Below are positions 22,544-35,469 of a stretch of 64,000 nt of DNA, in pieces. Under the pieces are notes generated by a model. That model had not been told where the DNA came from, made no database searches, and worked only from the letters and a program-made list of their open reading frames with translations. The stretch is taken from assembly GCF_963921235.1 (NCBI RefSeq), contig NC_086097.1, positions 3,410,001-3,474,000 on the forward strand, read 5' to 3'. Position numbers and translations under genes: made by a program. How positions within the stretch are numbered: the first letter of the stretch is position 1; each line of letters opens with the position of its first letter. The stretch comes from Mobula hypostoma (taxonomy: Eukaryota).

Positions 22544-25500
22544 TGTTGAGTTCTGTTAATTGGACTATGTAAGTATTTAGTATGCACGCGCACTCTCCTT
22601 GTTATGCATGTGTGGTGGGAAAGGAATTATGGGATGTAAGGGTGGAGGCCCTCAGGTATTGAAGGGAGATGTTGAAAGCAAAGTTGTTTAAACAAAAGAA
22701 AAATGTGTCCTTGTTGCTTGGGCATTAACAGTGATGGCTTCCAATTATAGGACCCAACCAGCAAGCCTTATGAAAACTGGGAAAATGAAATTTGAATGTG
22801 GACTCGTGTTACGGAACTGGAGAAGATAAAACAAGCTTTGGTTGTTGTGTTGTTGTTTACAGTAAGACTAAGACAGTCCGCGACTGGAATTTCAGGTTAA
22901 GCCGATGGTATGATGGTATGAATATGCTAATAAATACACTTGACTTTTTGAAGGAAGAAAAGGATTGGATTTGTGAGGCATATTCAGACTTTGACAAAAT
23001 TTATAGAGATAATTCTAAAAATATGGTTGATGATATTATTGTGTTACATGCTCAAGGAGATCTGTTTTTTGTGTGAGAATGATGTAATGGTCTTTTGGGG
23101 GTCACCTGATGTAATTTTCCCGCCGCTGAGGTCACGTGATGACATGTGTACCACGGGTATATAAAGGGAAGATCCCAGATGACGCAGTCAGTTTTTAGTT
23201 TGTAGATTTCCAGGTGGAAAGTGCTGTGTCTCCGTTTCTGTTGCGTGCTTGTTTTTGTGACGCAGTTTCATTTTTAAAACTGAGTGTTGCGTTCTGTTGC
23301 AAGATACAATATTATTGGACTGGAAATTTTTGGCTAGATGTGCTGATTTACCCTATTCCAGCAGTAGAAGGGAGAGTGAAGGCTTTATCGAAGTACAGGA
23401 CCCGAAGGATTGAGAGGAGTCAGTATCATTCAGCAGTTTAACAGAGGATCGATCTTATTGAGTCTTCGTTGAAGGAGTAGCGACCTGCGTTGAGGATAAC
23501 TCTTGCCAAAAGAGAAAAGAGTTCGTGCAAAAGTTTGCTCTCTCTAAAAGAATTTAAGGTCAGTTGTTTTAAACTGTTTATTTACTGCATTGGGAATCCT
23601 GTGGACTGAACCAGCAGGAAAGTCGCGTCTATGAAGAAATCCTTCTCCAGAGAAGTCTCTCCCAATTGAACGTATAGATCTGTTCGACTTTCGAATTTAC
23701 CATTTTAAGAACTATATCTGACTTTATCGCTTTAAGAATTGTTTTCGTATTTAACGCTTTAAGAACCAGTGCCGGGTGACAATTTGTTGAACGGCTGCAT
23801 ATCAGTTAACTTCCGGTTAAAGTTTTTGTTTGTTTTTTTCCTTATCGTGTATCCGTGTTTAATAAATGTTTGGTTGTTTTTATATAATCTGTCTCGATTG
23901 ATATTCATTGTTGCCAGTTACATAACAATTGGTTTTGAGCAAAGGTACACTCGCACGCATAAATACAAAATGGGATGTCCTGACACAGTATTAGTTCTTA
24001 AATTGTTGGATAGCACGTGTCTAGACATAAAGGGCAGACAGCTAGCATTAAATATATGCACAGAACTTACACTTGCATCTATGAAACCAGCACTGAAGAA
24101 AATTTTTAGAGAAAAGTCCCCTAAGACAACAATCAGAATTAGTTTGTGTCAGGAAACAGCATACTTCACTGAGCAGAAACAAAGAGTATTGCAAGTGTAG
24201 ATCCCAGAGGGACCAGACAATGGTACCATTACCTGGCACAAATCCAATAAACAAGTATGATAGGAGATCGAAATGTGCAGTATGTCAAAGTATTTACAAC
24301 TGAGCAAGAAACTGCTCACACAGGACTGAACAAGTTAGGCTAAAGGAAGAAAACAACAAATATGAAGATGTAGAAGAGTGCCATATCACATTGTTTGCAA
24401 AGAAATCACTTACTAATGCAGAGACATCTGAGGCAGAGATTTTGACAATGGAATCTCTGGGATCTGCTGTTATTGACACAGCATGCGCACATAGGGAGTG
24501 TGGAGAAAATGGCTCGAAAGCTGTGTAAGTGAACTAAAATACAGAATGAAGTGTAGAAACTGGTGAACAGTAATACCCAGTAACAGTAACACCCAGAAAC
24601 AAAGCATTCAAATTTGGAGATGGAAAGATTGCACATTCCACCAAAAGAGTGAAAATTCCTGCAAAAATAGGGCAGACAAAATGTTATGCTGAAATGGAGG
24701 TGGTACCAATGAACATTCCACTACTCTTGAGTAAATCTTCCCTAAAGAAGGCAGGAACAGTACTGGATATGGAGAATGACTAAGCAACGATGTTTCAACA
24801 GCCAGTGTCTCTTGGGTTCACCAGCTCTGGACATTACTGTGTGAACATAAAGACATTACTGAGAACCAATGTGAGAATGAAGTACTAACTGTCACAGAAA
24901 ACATGACCATGGATGAGAAATACAAACCTCACAAGTAGTTTGGACACGCTTCAGTTGAAAGACTTCAGAAACTGCTCAGGCGTTCAGGAAACAAAGATGC
25001 AAATTATTTTTCCATTCTAAAGCAGATCATTGACAGTTGTGAGATGTGCCAAAAGTCTGGAAAGCCCAAGTCCAAAACTGTCGTTGGTCTGCCACTAGCA
25101 TCTGAATTCAATAAAACAGTAGCCATAGACCTACATGAACTGGACCAAGGAGTGTGGTATCTCCACATCATTGATGAGTTCAAACGTTTCAATGTCGGTA
25201 GCATTGTAAATACAAAGAGACCCACAGAGATAGTAAAATCTTCATCCATTCCTGGACAAATGTGCATGGCTCACCTCGGAATGTATTCAGTGCTAATGAT
25301 GATGAATTTAATAATAATGAACTCAGAGATACGGCAGAGAAGTTTAACATTGAAACAAACACAACACTGGTATACAGCCCCCGGAGTAATGGACTTCTGA
25401 GCAACCCAATCAAACACTTACTGAAATTATGCTGAAGGCAAAGAAAAGCAATGGCTGTGATTGGAACACAGCCCTGGACTGGGCCCTTATGGCGAAGAAT

Positions 25501-27378
25501 ACCACGCACAATGGTTATAGCCTGTAACAATGGGTCATGCGGTCAGACTTCATATTGAATCAATATAGATCAGGCTGGACCATCTGAGAAATATCAAGAT
25601 GAAGATGGCCTCGTAACTAAAGAGGTGTTATTTGAATCTGCAAAACAGGACGAAATCAGAAGTTGGAGAAATAATGGAGTTTTTGAGGAAGGTAGAGACA
25701 TTGTCTACAAAGATAGGTGTGCATTCTGAAAGAAAACCCAACAGGAGTTATACCAAAAGCACATCTAGTGGCTGGAGATCTTGAGGAACTGAAGATAGAA
25801 CTCCAGAAGACTCGCCAACATGTGCATCAGATTCTCTCCAACTACTTCTCTCAGTGATATGTCAAAAACATTGGCAACCCCATTGCATGGACAAAAAAAA
25901 CTGCATTCTTACAAGGAATGGAGCTGTCAAGTGACATTTACGTTAGACCCCCACCTGAAGCCAGAAGCAAAGGAACACTGTGAAAACTCAGAAAATGTGC
26001 GTATGGTCCGGCAGATGCATCACTCTACTGGCATAAAAAGGTCAAGGAAATAACGTTGAAAACAGGTGGAAAATGTCACAAGTGAACCCAGCTGTTTTTT
26101 ACTGGTGAGGTTCAGGATATCATGTGATTGGAATACTTGCCTGTCATGTCAGTGACTTCCTATGAAGAGGCTCAGAAAACTTCGCTACAGCAGTTATCTC
26201 TCAGCTAAAGTCAGCCGTTCAGGTTGGATGGGAGGAACGTGACAGATTCTGCTATGTGCAGTAGACATCCTCGCTGTTGACGGAACAGTACAACTGCACC
26301 AAGAACACTACATCAGGAATCTTCAGACAATCCGCATGGAATCCTCACGTGCCACACAACGGGATGCACCACTCAGTGAAGCTGAAACTGAGCAACTTGG
26401 GTCAAAGGTAGGCCAGATTCTACGGGTGGCAAGGCCGAGCAGACACGACATCATGTGTGATGCCTCCAACTTGGCATCCAGCACAGAAAATGCCACAGTA
26501 TAAACTTTACCTGAGGCAAACAAGATAGTGCACAGAACTCAGTCTGAAAACGTTGCCTTGAAGTTTCACAGCTTGGAAAAGATAGCTCACTGAGGCTCGT
26601 TTTCTTCAGCGATGCCGCACTCGGAAATCTTCCTGATGGAGCGACTCATGGGGGACATTTTATTGTACTGATGGGAGAAAAGGGAAGATTTACACCAATC
26701 GGCAATCAAGAAGGATCCTAAGAGTTGTATGGAGTATGCTGGCAGGAGAAACCCTTGCATTGTCTGAAAGTATTGACAAAGCTGTTTTTCTGGCCACACT
26801 GTATTCTGAGCTTTTCCATGGTGATCCAAAGATGAACAGTCTACAGATAACTTGTGTCACAGACAGCTACTCATTGATTGATGCCATCAAATCCACCAAG
26901 TCAGTTACAGAGAAGAGGCTTCATCTGGAGATAAGCAACATCAGAGAACTTGTCCAAGTACAGACAATTCATCATGTGCTATGGTCAACTACAAAGGAGC
27001 AACTTGCTGACTGTCTCACAAAGAAGAGAGCTCCAGCTGTTGTGCTGTTAAAGGCACTTAATAAAGGCACTTGTACCTTAAGAATTGTACTAACTTCGAG
27101 GGTTAGAACTAACTCCCAGATCCTAATGGAATTGGAATTGCCTTGCATTTTTTTTCAAATTTTATTTTTGAATATACGGAAATTGTTGAGTTCCGTTCAT
27201 TGGACTTTGTAAGTAGTTAGTTTGCGTGCACACGCTTCACGTTATGTATGCGCGTGTGTGTGGAGGGAGAGAAATCATCGGATGTAAAATAGGTGGCCCT
27301 CAGGTATTGAAGGGAGACGTTGAAAGTCAAGTAGTTTAATCAAAAGAAAAATGTGTCCGTGTTGTTTGGACATCAACA
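22544..27378 (+). mobile_element. Decayed Ty1/Copia LTR retrotransposon, GalEa-like, both LTRs present
   Basis: LTRs 22544-22730 and 27184-27378 (tgttgag...aaca); TSD gtgct/gtgtt. Domain order is gag (from ~22734), protease (AVIDTAC, ~24466), integrase (FGHA..CEMC, VAIDL, ~24940-25400), RT (~25600-26400) and RNase H (FSDAA, LAGETLAL, TDSYSL, QLADCLTK). Confidence 0.88.
23042..23927 (+). mobile_element. Solo LTR inserted in the Copia gag
   Basis: tgttac...ataaca termini and an exact 4-bp TSD attg (23038-23041 / 23928-23931). TATA-like gggtatataaaggg at ~23155 and AATAAA at 23861. Excision rejoins gag as DDII-G-FEQRY. Confidence 0.85.
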
Positions 27379-28058
27379 GTGTTAAACCAATTAAATTAGT
27401 AATTAAATTATTAACTAAACTATTCCCTTCTGCCTACACAATGTCCATATCCTTCCATTTTCCTCACATTCATGTGCCTATCTAAACGTCTGTTAGAAGT
27501 CTCGGATGTATCTGCCTTAACCACCACCCCAGGCAGCACATTCCAGGCACCCTCCATTCTCTGTGAAAAACTTACCCCTCACATTTCCTTTCAAATTCCC
27601 CCTCTCACCTTAAATGCATGCCCTCTGGTATTAAACATTTCAACCCTGAGAAAAAGATACTGTATCTGTGCCTCTCATAATCCTATAAATGTCAGCCTCC
27701 TCCACTCCAGAGAAAGGGAAAGGAATACTACCTGCCCATATTTCAGCAGACCAGAATACACAGGAGCAGAATGAGACCATTCGGTCCATCGAGTCTATGG
27801 CATTATTCTGTCATTGCTGATTTATTATTTCTCTCTCAAACCCACTGGTTCCTATTCAACCCATGTTCCTATTCATACTCATGACCTTGAAGTATTTGGA
27901 TTTCCGTTATTTTTAGAAATTCAAACATTCTCCCACGTTCCTGAGGTTAACCCAGGACGAGGAATGAATGCTGGACTTGCTAACAATATCTCAGAAGTAT
28001 ATGCTTTCACTTGGAGCCCAAACACTGCCCCACCTCACACATACAAGTCAGTCTAGAA

Positions 28059-28136
28059 CAGGCCTTCTCAGACTGAGGTCCACGGACTCCTTGCTTAATG
28101 GTATTGGTCCATGGCATAAAAAAATGGGAACCCCTG
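28059..28136. mobile_element. ~80-bp hAT/Charlie-type MITE
   Basis: cagg...cccctg termini with TSD gtctagaa/gtctagga. Same internal sequence as 58787-58866. Confidence 0.8.
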
Positions 28137-28656
28137 GTCTAGGAGAAGATGAACAGCAGATTAACTATGATGTCCAATACTTTCAGAATCACACAGGTGT
28201 GCTGAAAAATATTAAAGTTCAAAAGCAAGGACTCTAGTTAACAGACATTGCTTGAAGGTCAGTGTTTTTCTTGCTCTGGTTGATAAAAAACTGCAATATA
28301 TTTGAGTTGAAATTTCAGTGAATAATATTGCGAAGTTATAAATTCTACAGGGACAATGGAATCACTGTAAGTGCAGCACAGGATATCATTTAACCTTTCA
28401 TGCCTGTCCACTGGTAATTTTAATTTTCACATTCATTCTTAGGCTGTGAGCAGTCAAGGACAGGGTGACCAGCTGCTGCTCAGCTATGCCAAAGTTAGAT
28501 ATTTCCAGCTTATGCCTGTCCATTTTGCACACCGTTTCATCTCTGTCTCCTTGCTGGATAATTATACAATTCATATTATCTCTGACTGGAAAGTATTAAT
28601 TACATTTATGGTAATGAGTTTCATTTATTTTTACTTTATTCTTCATTAACCTCTCA

Positions 28657-28912
28657 GGCACCACAGTAGCATAGTGGGTCGCGTGATGCTATTACAGCTC
28701 GGTGTGTTACGGGGTTCAGAGTTCAATGTCGGCACCGTTCTGTAAGGAGTGTCTGTCTGTAAGTCCTCCCCATGGAATTCTCCAGGTCCTCAGCTTCCTC
28801 CCACACTCCAAAGAAATCCTGGGTAGGTGAATTGCTCATTGTATATTGCCTCATGATTAGACTAGGGTTAATTCGGTTTGTCAAGGTTTGCTGGGGCGTC
28901 CTGGCTCGAATC
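28657..28912 (+). mobile_element. tRNA-derived V-SINE
   Basis: A-box-like cagtagcatagtgg, B-box-like gagttcaatgtc, and a V-domain-like cttcctcccacactccaaaga. Confidence 0.75.
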
Positions 28913-28994
28913 GCCAAAAAAAAACTGACTGAATCACTTGTGGAAAGAGTGGACTCTTCATCCTCTTGAAGGTGTCTGAGGAATATTAATTTTA

Positions 28995-29232
28995 TTTATT
29001 TATTGGTATAGTGCAGAACAGGCCCTTCTGGGCCAGGCCACTGAGCTACACTGCCCGGCAACCTCTCTGTTTAATCCTAGCCTAATCACAGGACAATTTA
29101 AATGACTAATTAACCCACTAAATGTTACATCTTTGGACTGTGGGAGGAAACTGGAGCATCTGGAGGAAACCCATGCAGTCACGGGGAGAACGTACAGACT
29201 CCTTACAGATGGTGCTGGAATTGAACTCCGAA
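28995..29232 (-). mobile_element. V-SINE, inverted relative to 28657-28912
   Basis: ctttggactgtgggaggaaactggagcatctggaggaaaccca is the reverse complement of the V-domain. Confidence 0.8.
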
Positions 29233-29744
29233 CTGTGAATATCATAACTTATTTATTTGTAAGTTTCCCAGGTAGGAGTTGATATGTTTCATTACCAACC
29301 TCAGGTTTTCAAGTCCAAGCAACATCCTTGCTAATTTACTTTGCAGTCCAAATCCATAACTGTTAACCAATTCTATATAAAAATGACATATCTCTGTTCA
29401 GACTTCAGGACAGTGTGGGTGACAGGGGCCATGATGTTCCCCTTGTGCACAAGTAAAATAAAGTGCAGTTGAGTTGTAAGAGTGTGCCTGTTCTGGGTAC
29501 AGGTATTTTATTATCAACGATGAAAATACCACCAAGCTTAAAGACATAGTATCCTGTCAAATAGAAGCAGAAAGCTCAATCTATCAGAGATGGGATTGAC
29601 ACTTACATCTTGCAACAGTAAGACATTTGTAACTCAAGGCAGATAGAGCTCAACAAGCAGAGAAAGGAGGAGAACTAAGACAATATCCTGCAGAGTTCCA
29701 CTCAAACAGGGAAGAAGTCATCATCCTGACACAGTGGTGTCAAT

Positions 29745-30825
29745 AAAACAATCTCTCCCTCAATGTCGCAAAAACAAAGGAGCTGGTTGTGGACTACAGG
29801 AGGAATGGAGACGGGCTAACCCTATTGACAGCAATGGATCTGGGGTTGAGAGGGTGAACAGCCTTAAGTTCCTCGGCGTAAACATTACCAAGGATCTCAC
29901 GTGGTCTGTACATACAGGCTGTATGGTCAAAAAGGCACAACAGTGCCTCCTTCACCTCAGGTGGTTAAAGAAGTTTGGTTTGGGCCCCCAAAGCCTAAGA
30001 AATTTCTACAGGGGCACAATTGAGAGCATCCTGACTGGCTGTATCACTGCCTGGTATGGGAACTGTACCTCCCTTAATCGCAGGACTCTGCAGAGAGTGG
30101 TGCGGACAGCCCAGCGCATCTGTAGTTGTGAACTTCCCATGATTCAGGACATTTACAAAGACACATGTGTAAAAAGGGCCCGTAGGATCACTGGGGACCC
30201 GAGTCACCCCAACCACAATCTGTTCCAGCTGCTACTATCCGGGAAATGGTACTGCAGCATAAAAACCAGGACCAACAGGCTCCGGGACAGCTTCCACCAG
30301 GCCATCAGACTGATTAATTCATGCTGTTGCAACTGTATTTCTTTGTTATATTGACTATCCTGTTGTACATAATGGGGAAGTCCAGAATGAGGGGCCACAG
30401 TCTGAGGATAGAGGGGAAGCCTTTTAGGACTGAGATTAGGAAAAACTTCTTCACACAGAGAGTGGTGAATCTGTGGAATTCTCTGCCACAGGAAACAGTT
30501 GAGGCCAGTTCATTGGCTATATTTAAGAGGGAGTTAGATATGGCCCTTGTGGCTACGGGGGTCAGGGGGTATGGAGGGAAGGCTGGGGCGGGGTTCTGAG
30601 TTGGATGATCAGCCATGATCATAATAAATGGCGGTGCAGGCTCGAAGGGCCGAATGGCCTACTCCTGCACCTATTTTCTATGTTTCTATGTTTCTACATA
30701 ATATTTATTACAAAATATGATAAATTGCACATTGCACATTTAGATGGAGACATAACGTAAAAATTTTTACTCCTCATGTATATGAAGGATGTAAGTAATA
30801 AAGTCAAATCAATTCCATTCAATTC
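29745..30825 (+). mobile_element. Rex1/Babar 3' portion with a nested young CR1 fragment (30374-30694, TSD tacataat)
   Basis: ORF 29734-30354 has KFLGVNITKDLTW and ESILTGCITAWYG. The CR1 piece is near-identical to 7411-7735 and flanked by tacataat on both sides. Confidence 0.88.
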
Positions 30826-31236
30826 AGGAACAGATTGGACTGGCCATCAATTTAATGCTGAGGGTACTAGCGTTCATTACTTTCCATTAACAGACCAAAA
30901 TGATATTAACTACAGATGATGGGTATGAAATGGCATAGTTCAAGCACGGAGCTACAGTCTCTACTCTCAGATACAGTGACAAGCATGTTTGCTGCATTTT
31001 ACCCTGAGACAAAGCAATCTCAGAAATGGTATCTGATAAATAATACAATCACCTAAATTGTGTATTTCTTGTCAGAACAATGGCAAACTCACCAGTAATA
31101 ATTAAAATTACCAGTAATCATAGTAACTTGCATCCTGCCAAGGAAGTATAGATTAGAAACTCTTTCACACATCATGTTTCAAAGCTCCATTCAATTGCAT
31201 AGCACAGTGGAATCTATTACAATTAATTCATCATAA

Positions 31237-32095
31237 AACCATAAGACCTAGGAAGAGAATTAGCCCATTCATCTCCTTGAATCCGCTTGACCATTGTATC
31301 ATGGCTGATTTACAATCCCCGCCCAACCCCGTTCTCCTGCCTTCTCCCTGTAATCTTTCATGCCCTGACTGATCAAGAACATGTCAACCTTTGCTTAAAA
31401 TATACCTGATGACTTGGCTTCCACAGCCTTCTGTGGCAATGAATTCCTCAGATTCACCACCCTCTGGCTAAAGAAATTTCTTATCTCTGTTCTAAAGGGA
31501 CATATTTTTATTCTGAGGCTGTGCTGTCTGATCCTAACTCCCCAGTGGAAACAGGCTATCCACGTCCACTCTATCTAGGCCATTTAATATGTTTCTCTGA
31601 GATCCACCCCACCCCCCCCCATTCCTCTAAACTCCAGTGAGTGCAGGCCCAGAGCCATTAAACGCTCATTTGTTAACCCTTTCATTCCATAAGAACATAA
31701 GAGCAGGAGTAGGCCATCTGGCCCGTCGAGCCTCCTCTGCCATTCAATAAGATCATGGTTGATCTGGCCATGGACTCATCTCCACTTACCTGCCTTTTCC
31801 CCATAACCCTTAATACCCCTACTATGCAAAAATATACCCAACGTTGTCTTAAATACATTTACTGAGGTAGCCTCCCCTGCTTCATTTGGCATAGAAGTCT
31901 ACAGATTCACCACGCTCTGGGAAAAGCAGTTCCTCCTCATCTTCTTCCTACATCTACTCCCCCGAATCTCGAGGCTATGTCCCTGGATCATTCTTGTGAA
32001 TTTTCTCTGGACTCTCTCCAATGCAGCACATTGTTTCTTCGATATGTAACTGCTCACAATACTCCAAGTGTCATTGAACCAATGCCTTACACTGT
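31237..32095 (-). mobile_element. Old CR1 3' fragment containing a second CR1 3' fragment (~31688-31985)
   Basis: Two reversed CR1 tails (cataagacc, cataagaacataag), each followed by agattcaccac. Confidence 0.75.
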
Positions 32096-33829
32096 GTGTC
32101 AGGAAATGCTGCTTTCGAGGACTCTTGATCTCATGTTCTCCATATTTATTGCTTAGTTCTTTTTTCTTTTGTATTGGCACAGCTTGTTGTGTTTTGCTCA
32201 TTGGTCAACTGCCCGTTGGGTGTGGTCTTCCGTTAATTCCATTATGGTTACTGGATAATGTTAGGTCTGAACATACAATGACCTTCCAGTTAACAGAAGA
32301 CATTAGCCACTCGTTTCCAACTCATCACCGGCAGCCTATTTAACCCCAGTTCTCATTCCCAGTCCTTGTTCACCCATCAAACCAGCCAACCTCAAACAGT
32401 TGCTCCCCACCATTATATACTTACTTTTATATTCTAGTCCTCTCGAAATGAATCTTGATATTGCATTTGTGGTCCTTATCATTCTTGGATAAGCGCCCCA
32501 AAACTCTCACAATACTCCATGACTCCAAGGATCATGGCAGTGGTGAAATGCTTGTACTCCTGTTCCCTCATCTACAAACTCCAGGGGCAGGGCTCAGTTA
32601 TCCTAGCCCGTGAGTTTGGGTAACCCTTGTGTCTGACTGCTCAGCTGACTCTTGAGCAGCTGTCCTTTCATTTGAATGGATTCACTAATCTGGATTTAAA
32701 GTATCAATTATTTCTGTTTATTTTAATTAATAATAAAATTGTATTTGACTTTAGCTACGCTCTGCGAGATGAAGAACTGCTGCGTACTTGTTCTTGCAGA
32801 AACATGGCTCCAGGACATCACCCACACATCATCAATCTACAGCTCATGACACTTAAAACTATATATTTTTTCAATATTATTTTTGGTAACTATGTTTTTT
32901 TTGCTATCATAATTTAATGTACTGTGTGTGACTGCTGGTTCTGTGTTTTGCACGTTGGCCATGGAGAAATGCTGTATTGTTTGGCTGTATTCATGTGATG
33001 GTTGAATGACACTTGAACTTGAACTGAGCTTTTAATTATATTTGCAAAGTAACTGAGTTTTAAATTATTACTTTTTAAAATATGTTTAACATTTTAATTT
33101 TTTCAGGTTTTTAATATTTCAGGTTCTTACAGATATACAGACACGAATCAGACATCACAGCATTGGGTGTCAGAGGGACATTGGAATGTTTTGTGTTGGA
33201 ACCTCAGAGTACATCACCTGAGACTAATCTTCATTTGAGAGTTTCTCCAATTCACAGGACTGCCATCTATACGGTTACTGCTGCTGAGGTGATAAACTGT
33301 GACATGTGGGCTGGGATAAATGTGAACCAGGATAATATGTTCTTTATTGTTTTTAATTTGATTTTTCTTAAAAAAAAATCAAACCAATGAAATATATAAA
33401 GATCCAATAAACACTCACCAATGGAACTAACCACAGTGAATAACTCAATAAAGGTTCAAAAGGTTCAAAGATACATCTTATCATCAAAGTATCTATGCAG
33501 AACACAACTTTGAGATTTATCTTCTCCGGATAGCCAAAAAAGACAGTTCTTGGTAGTTCTTGAATGAAAGACATCAATCTTCCCCCTTGCCTTCAAATTG
33601 TAATCTCCTCCGCATAAAAAAAACAAAAACTCTCAAACCCCGAACCACCCCAAACTCCTCCCTCATACAAAAACTAACAGATCATTCAAACTCCCAACTC
33701 TCCAATCAGCAACAAGAAAGAATGGACGAGAACACAAAAGAAACAACAGAACTGAAATAGGCCAATACAAACAACAGTCCAATCCATAAATCTCAGAATT
33801 TCGATAACACCTCCGAGACCATCAGGACC

Positions 33830-34012
33830 CAGCGGTCCCCTCTGAGGTCAGCGGCTCGAACCAGTGGCCCCCTCCGAGGGAAGCGACTAGAACGGGCGGT
33901 CCCCTCCGAGGTCAGTGGCATGAATGGGTGACCTCCTCCGAGAGCAGCGACTCAAACCGGCAGACCCCTGTGAGGGCAGCGACTGGAACAGACGGCCCCC
34001 TCCGAGGGCAGC
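33830..34012. repeat. GC-rich 32-bp minisatellite, ~5.7 copies
   Basis: Units of cagcggtcccctc(c/t)gaggNcagcg(a/g)ctcgaac start at 33830, 33862, 33894, 33926, 33958 and 33990. Confidence 0.85.
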
Positions 34013-34029
34013 TGCCTCTTTATGAGATG

Positions 34030-35348
34030 CTGCATGTACCTAATAAAATAGCCACTGAGTGTATGTTCATGGTCTTCTGCTACTGTAGCTCATCCACTTC
34101 AAATCAAATCAAGTTTAATTGTCATTCAAATCATACATGGATACAGCAGAATGAGACAGTGTTCTTCTGGGGCCAAGATTCAAAAGCATACACGCACAGT
34201 CAAAATAACAAGAAAGGAAAAAATGAACAGAGACATGTAAGAAAACAAATTCTTAGACCAAGTTCTTGAGTGAAAAGTCTGACAAACTGATGGCTCCTGG
34301 CAGTCCAGCCTATAATTCCATCAATCCACCACTGGAGGGTAGCACCGACTGGAGAGGGCACGCTCAACCGAGGCCAGATGCCACGCTACAAAGCAAGGCC
34401 GAGGACTGAGGCCCAGTCCTTGCTACAACCAAGGTGACACAGCTGCCTCGCTGCCTGTCTCTTCACCAAACAAGGGAAGCAATCAATTCCCAACAGGGCC
34501 TTGTGATCACAAAAGAAACATTCAAGACACTCACTCACGGTTTCACTGCACGCTGCCTTCACGGCCACTCAAAGGCACCAACTCCGATACCTCCGAGTAG
34601 CTCACAGCAGCATGGTCTCCTCACAGGTCAGCTCTTCCGAACCCAATCCAGTTTCTCCTGCGGCCTGACAGCTCAGCTCAAAACCCTGGCCCAACGGACT
34701 GGTATGATGTCCCCGGCCCAGAGAGCTGACTCACCTCCTCTGAGCTGCCTGCTGGATCTTACAGCAACCCAACTGCTCGATGCGGTGAAGTCAAGAATAG
34801 TCTTGCTGTGTATAAAAACACATATAACAAAAGGAAAAAGCACCTTTTGATGGCCCCCAAGAGGCTGCTGCATGTATACGTGCCGCCATCTTACGGGAAG
34901 GAATAAGGTTTGACAGATTGCACATTCGGAGATGCTCTTTTGCACACCACTGTTGTAATGTGTGGTTATTCATGTTGCAGTTGCCTTCCTGGTCATTCTC
35001 CTCTGACCTCTCTCATTGATAAGGCATTTTCACCCACAGAACTGACACACACTGGATGTTTTCTTCTTTTTACACTATTCTCTGTAAACGTTTTAGACTG
35101 TTGTGCATGAAAATCCTAGGAGATCACCAGTTTCTGAGATACTCATGCCACCCTGCCTAGCACCGAAAATCATTCTACTGTCAAAGTCACTTAGATCAGC
35201 TTTCTTCACCATTCTGTGGTTTGGTCTGAATAACGACAGAACCTCTTGCCCATGTTGGCATGTTTTTATGCATTGAGTTGCTGCCACAAAGATATTTGCA
35301 TTAATGAGCAGTTGTACAGGTGCTCCCAATAAAGTGGCCACTCAGTAT
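34030..35348. mobile_element. Tc1/mariner-like non-autonomous element (pieces ~34030-34100 and ~34905-35348) with an intervening insertion
   Basis: The motif cc(t/c)aataaa(a/g)t(a/g)gccact(g/c)agt occurs twice, and the second copy is followed by TA. It resembles fish Tc1-type MITE termini as recalled. Confidence 0.55.
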
Positions 35349-35469
35349 AATACAAGATGAACTCTGGATGTCTATAAAGGCAGCAGCAATTTTGCCACTT
35401 GAGGTGTAATAAACTTTTTTCACTTTGATTTACAAACAATGCAGACAGAATTTTTAAAATCACTAAAGT

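Larger units (their letters stand above)
22490..27710 (-). mobile_element. CR1 3' fragment that hosts the Copia insertion (22490-22543 plus 27379-27710)
   Basis: catagaacagtacagc...ggcccttcggcccacaatgttgtgct precedes the 5' LTR. After the 3' LTR it continues as aaccaattaaattag...accaccaccccaggcagc. Confidence 0.78.

Noticed and set aside
28657..28740. tRNA-like sequence
   Set aside because: It is a decayed SINE head followed by a V-domain, with no complete cloverleaf.
32258..32625. Possible additional solo LTR (tgttagg...gtaac, TATA-like cctatttaa)
   Set aside because: The 3' terminus is not CA and there is no convincing TSD.
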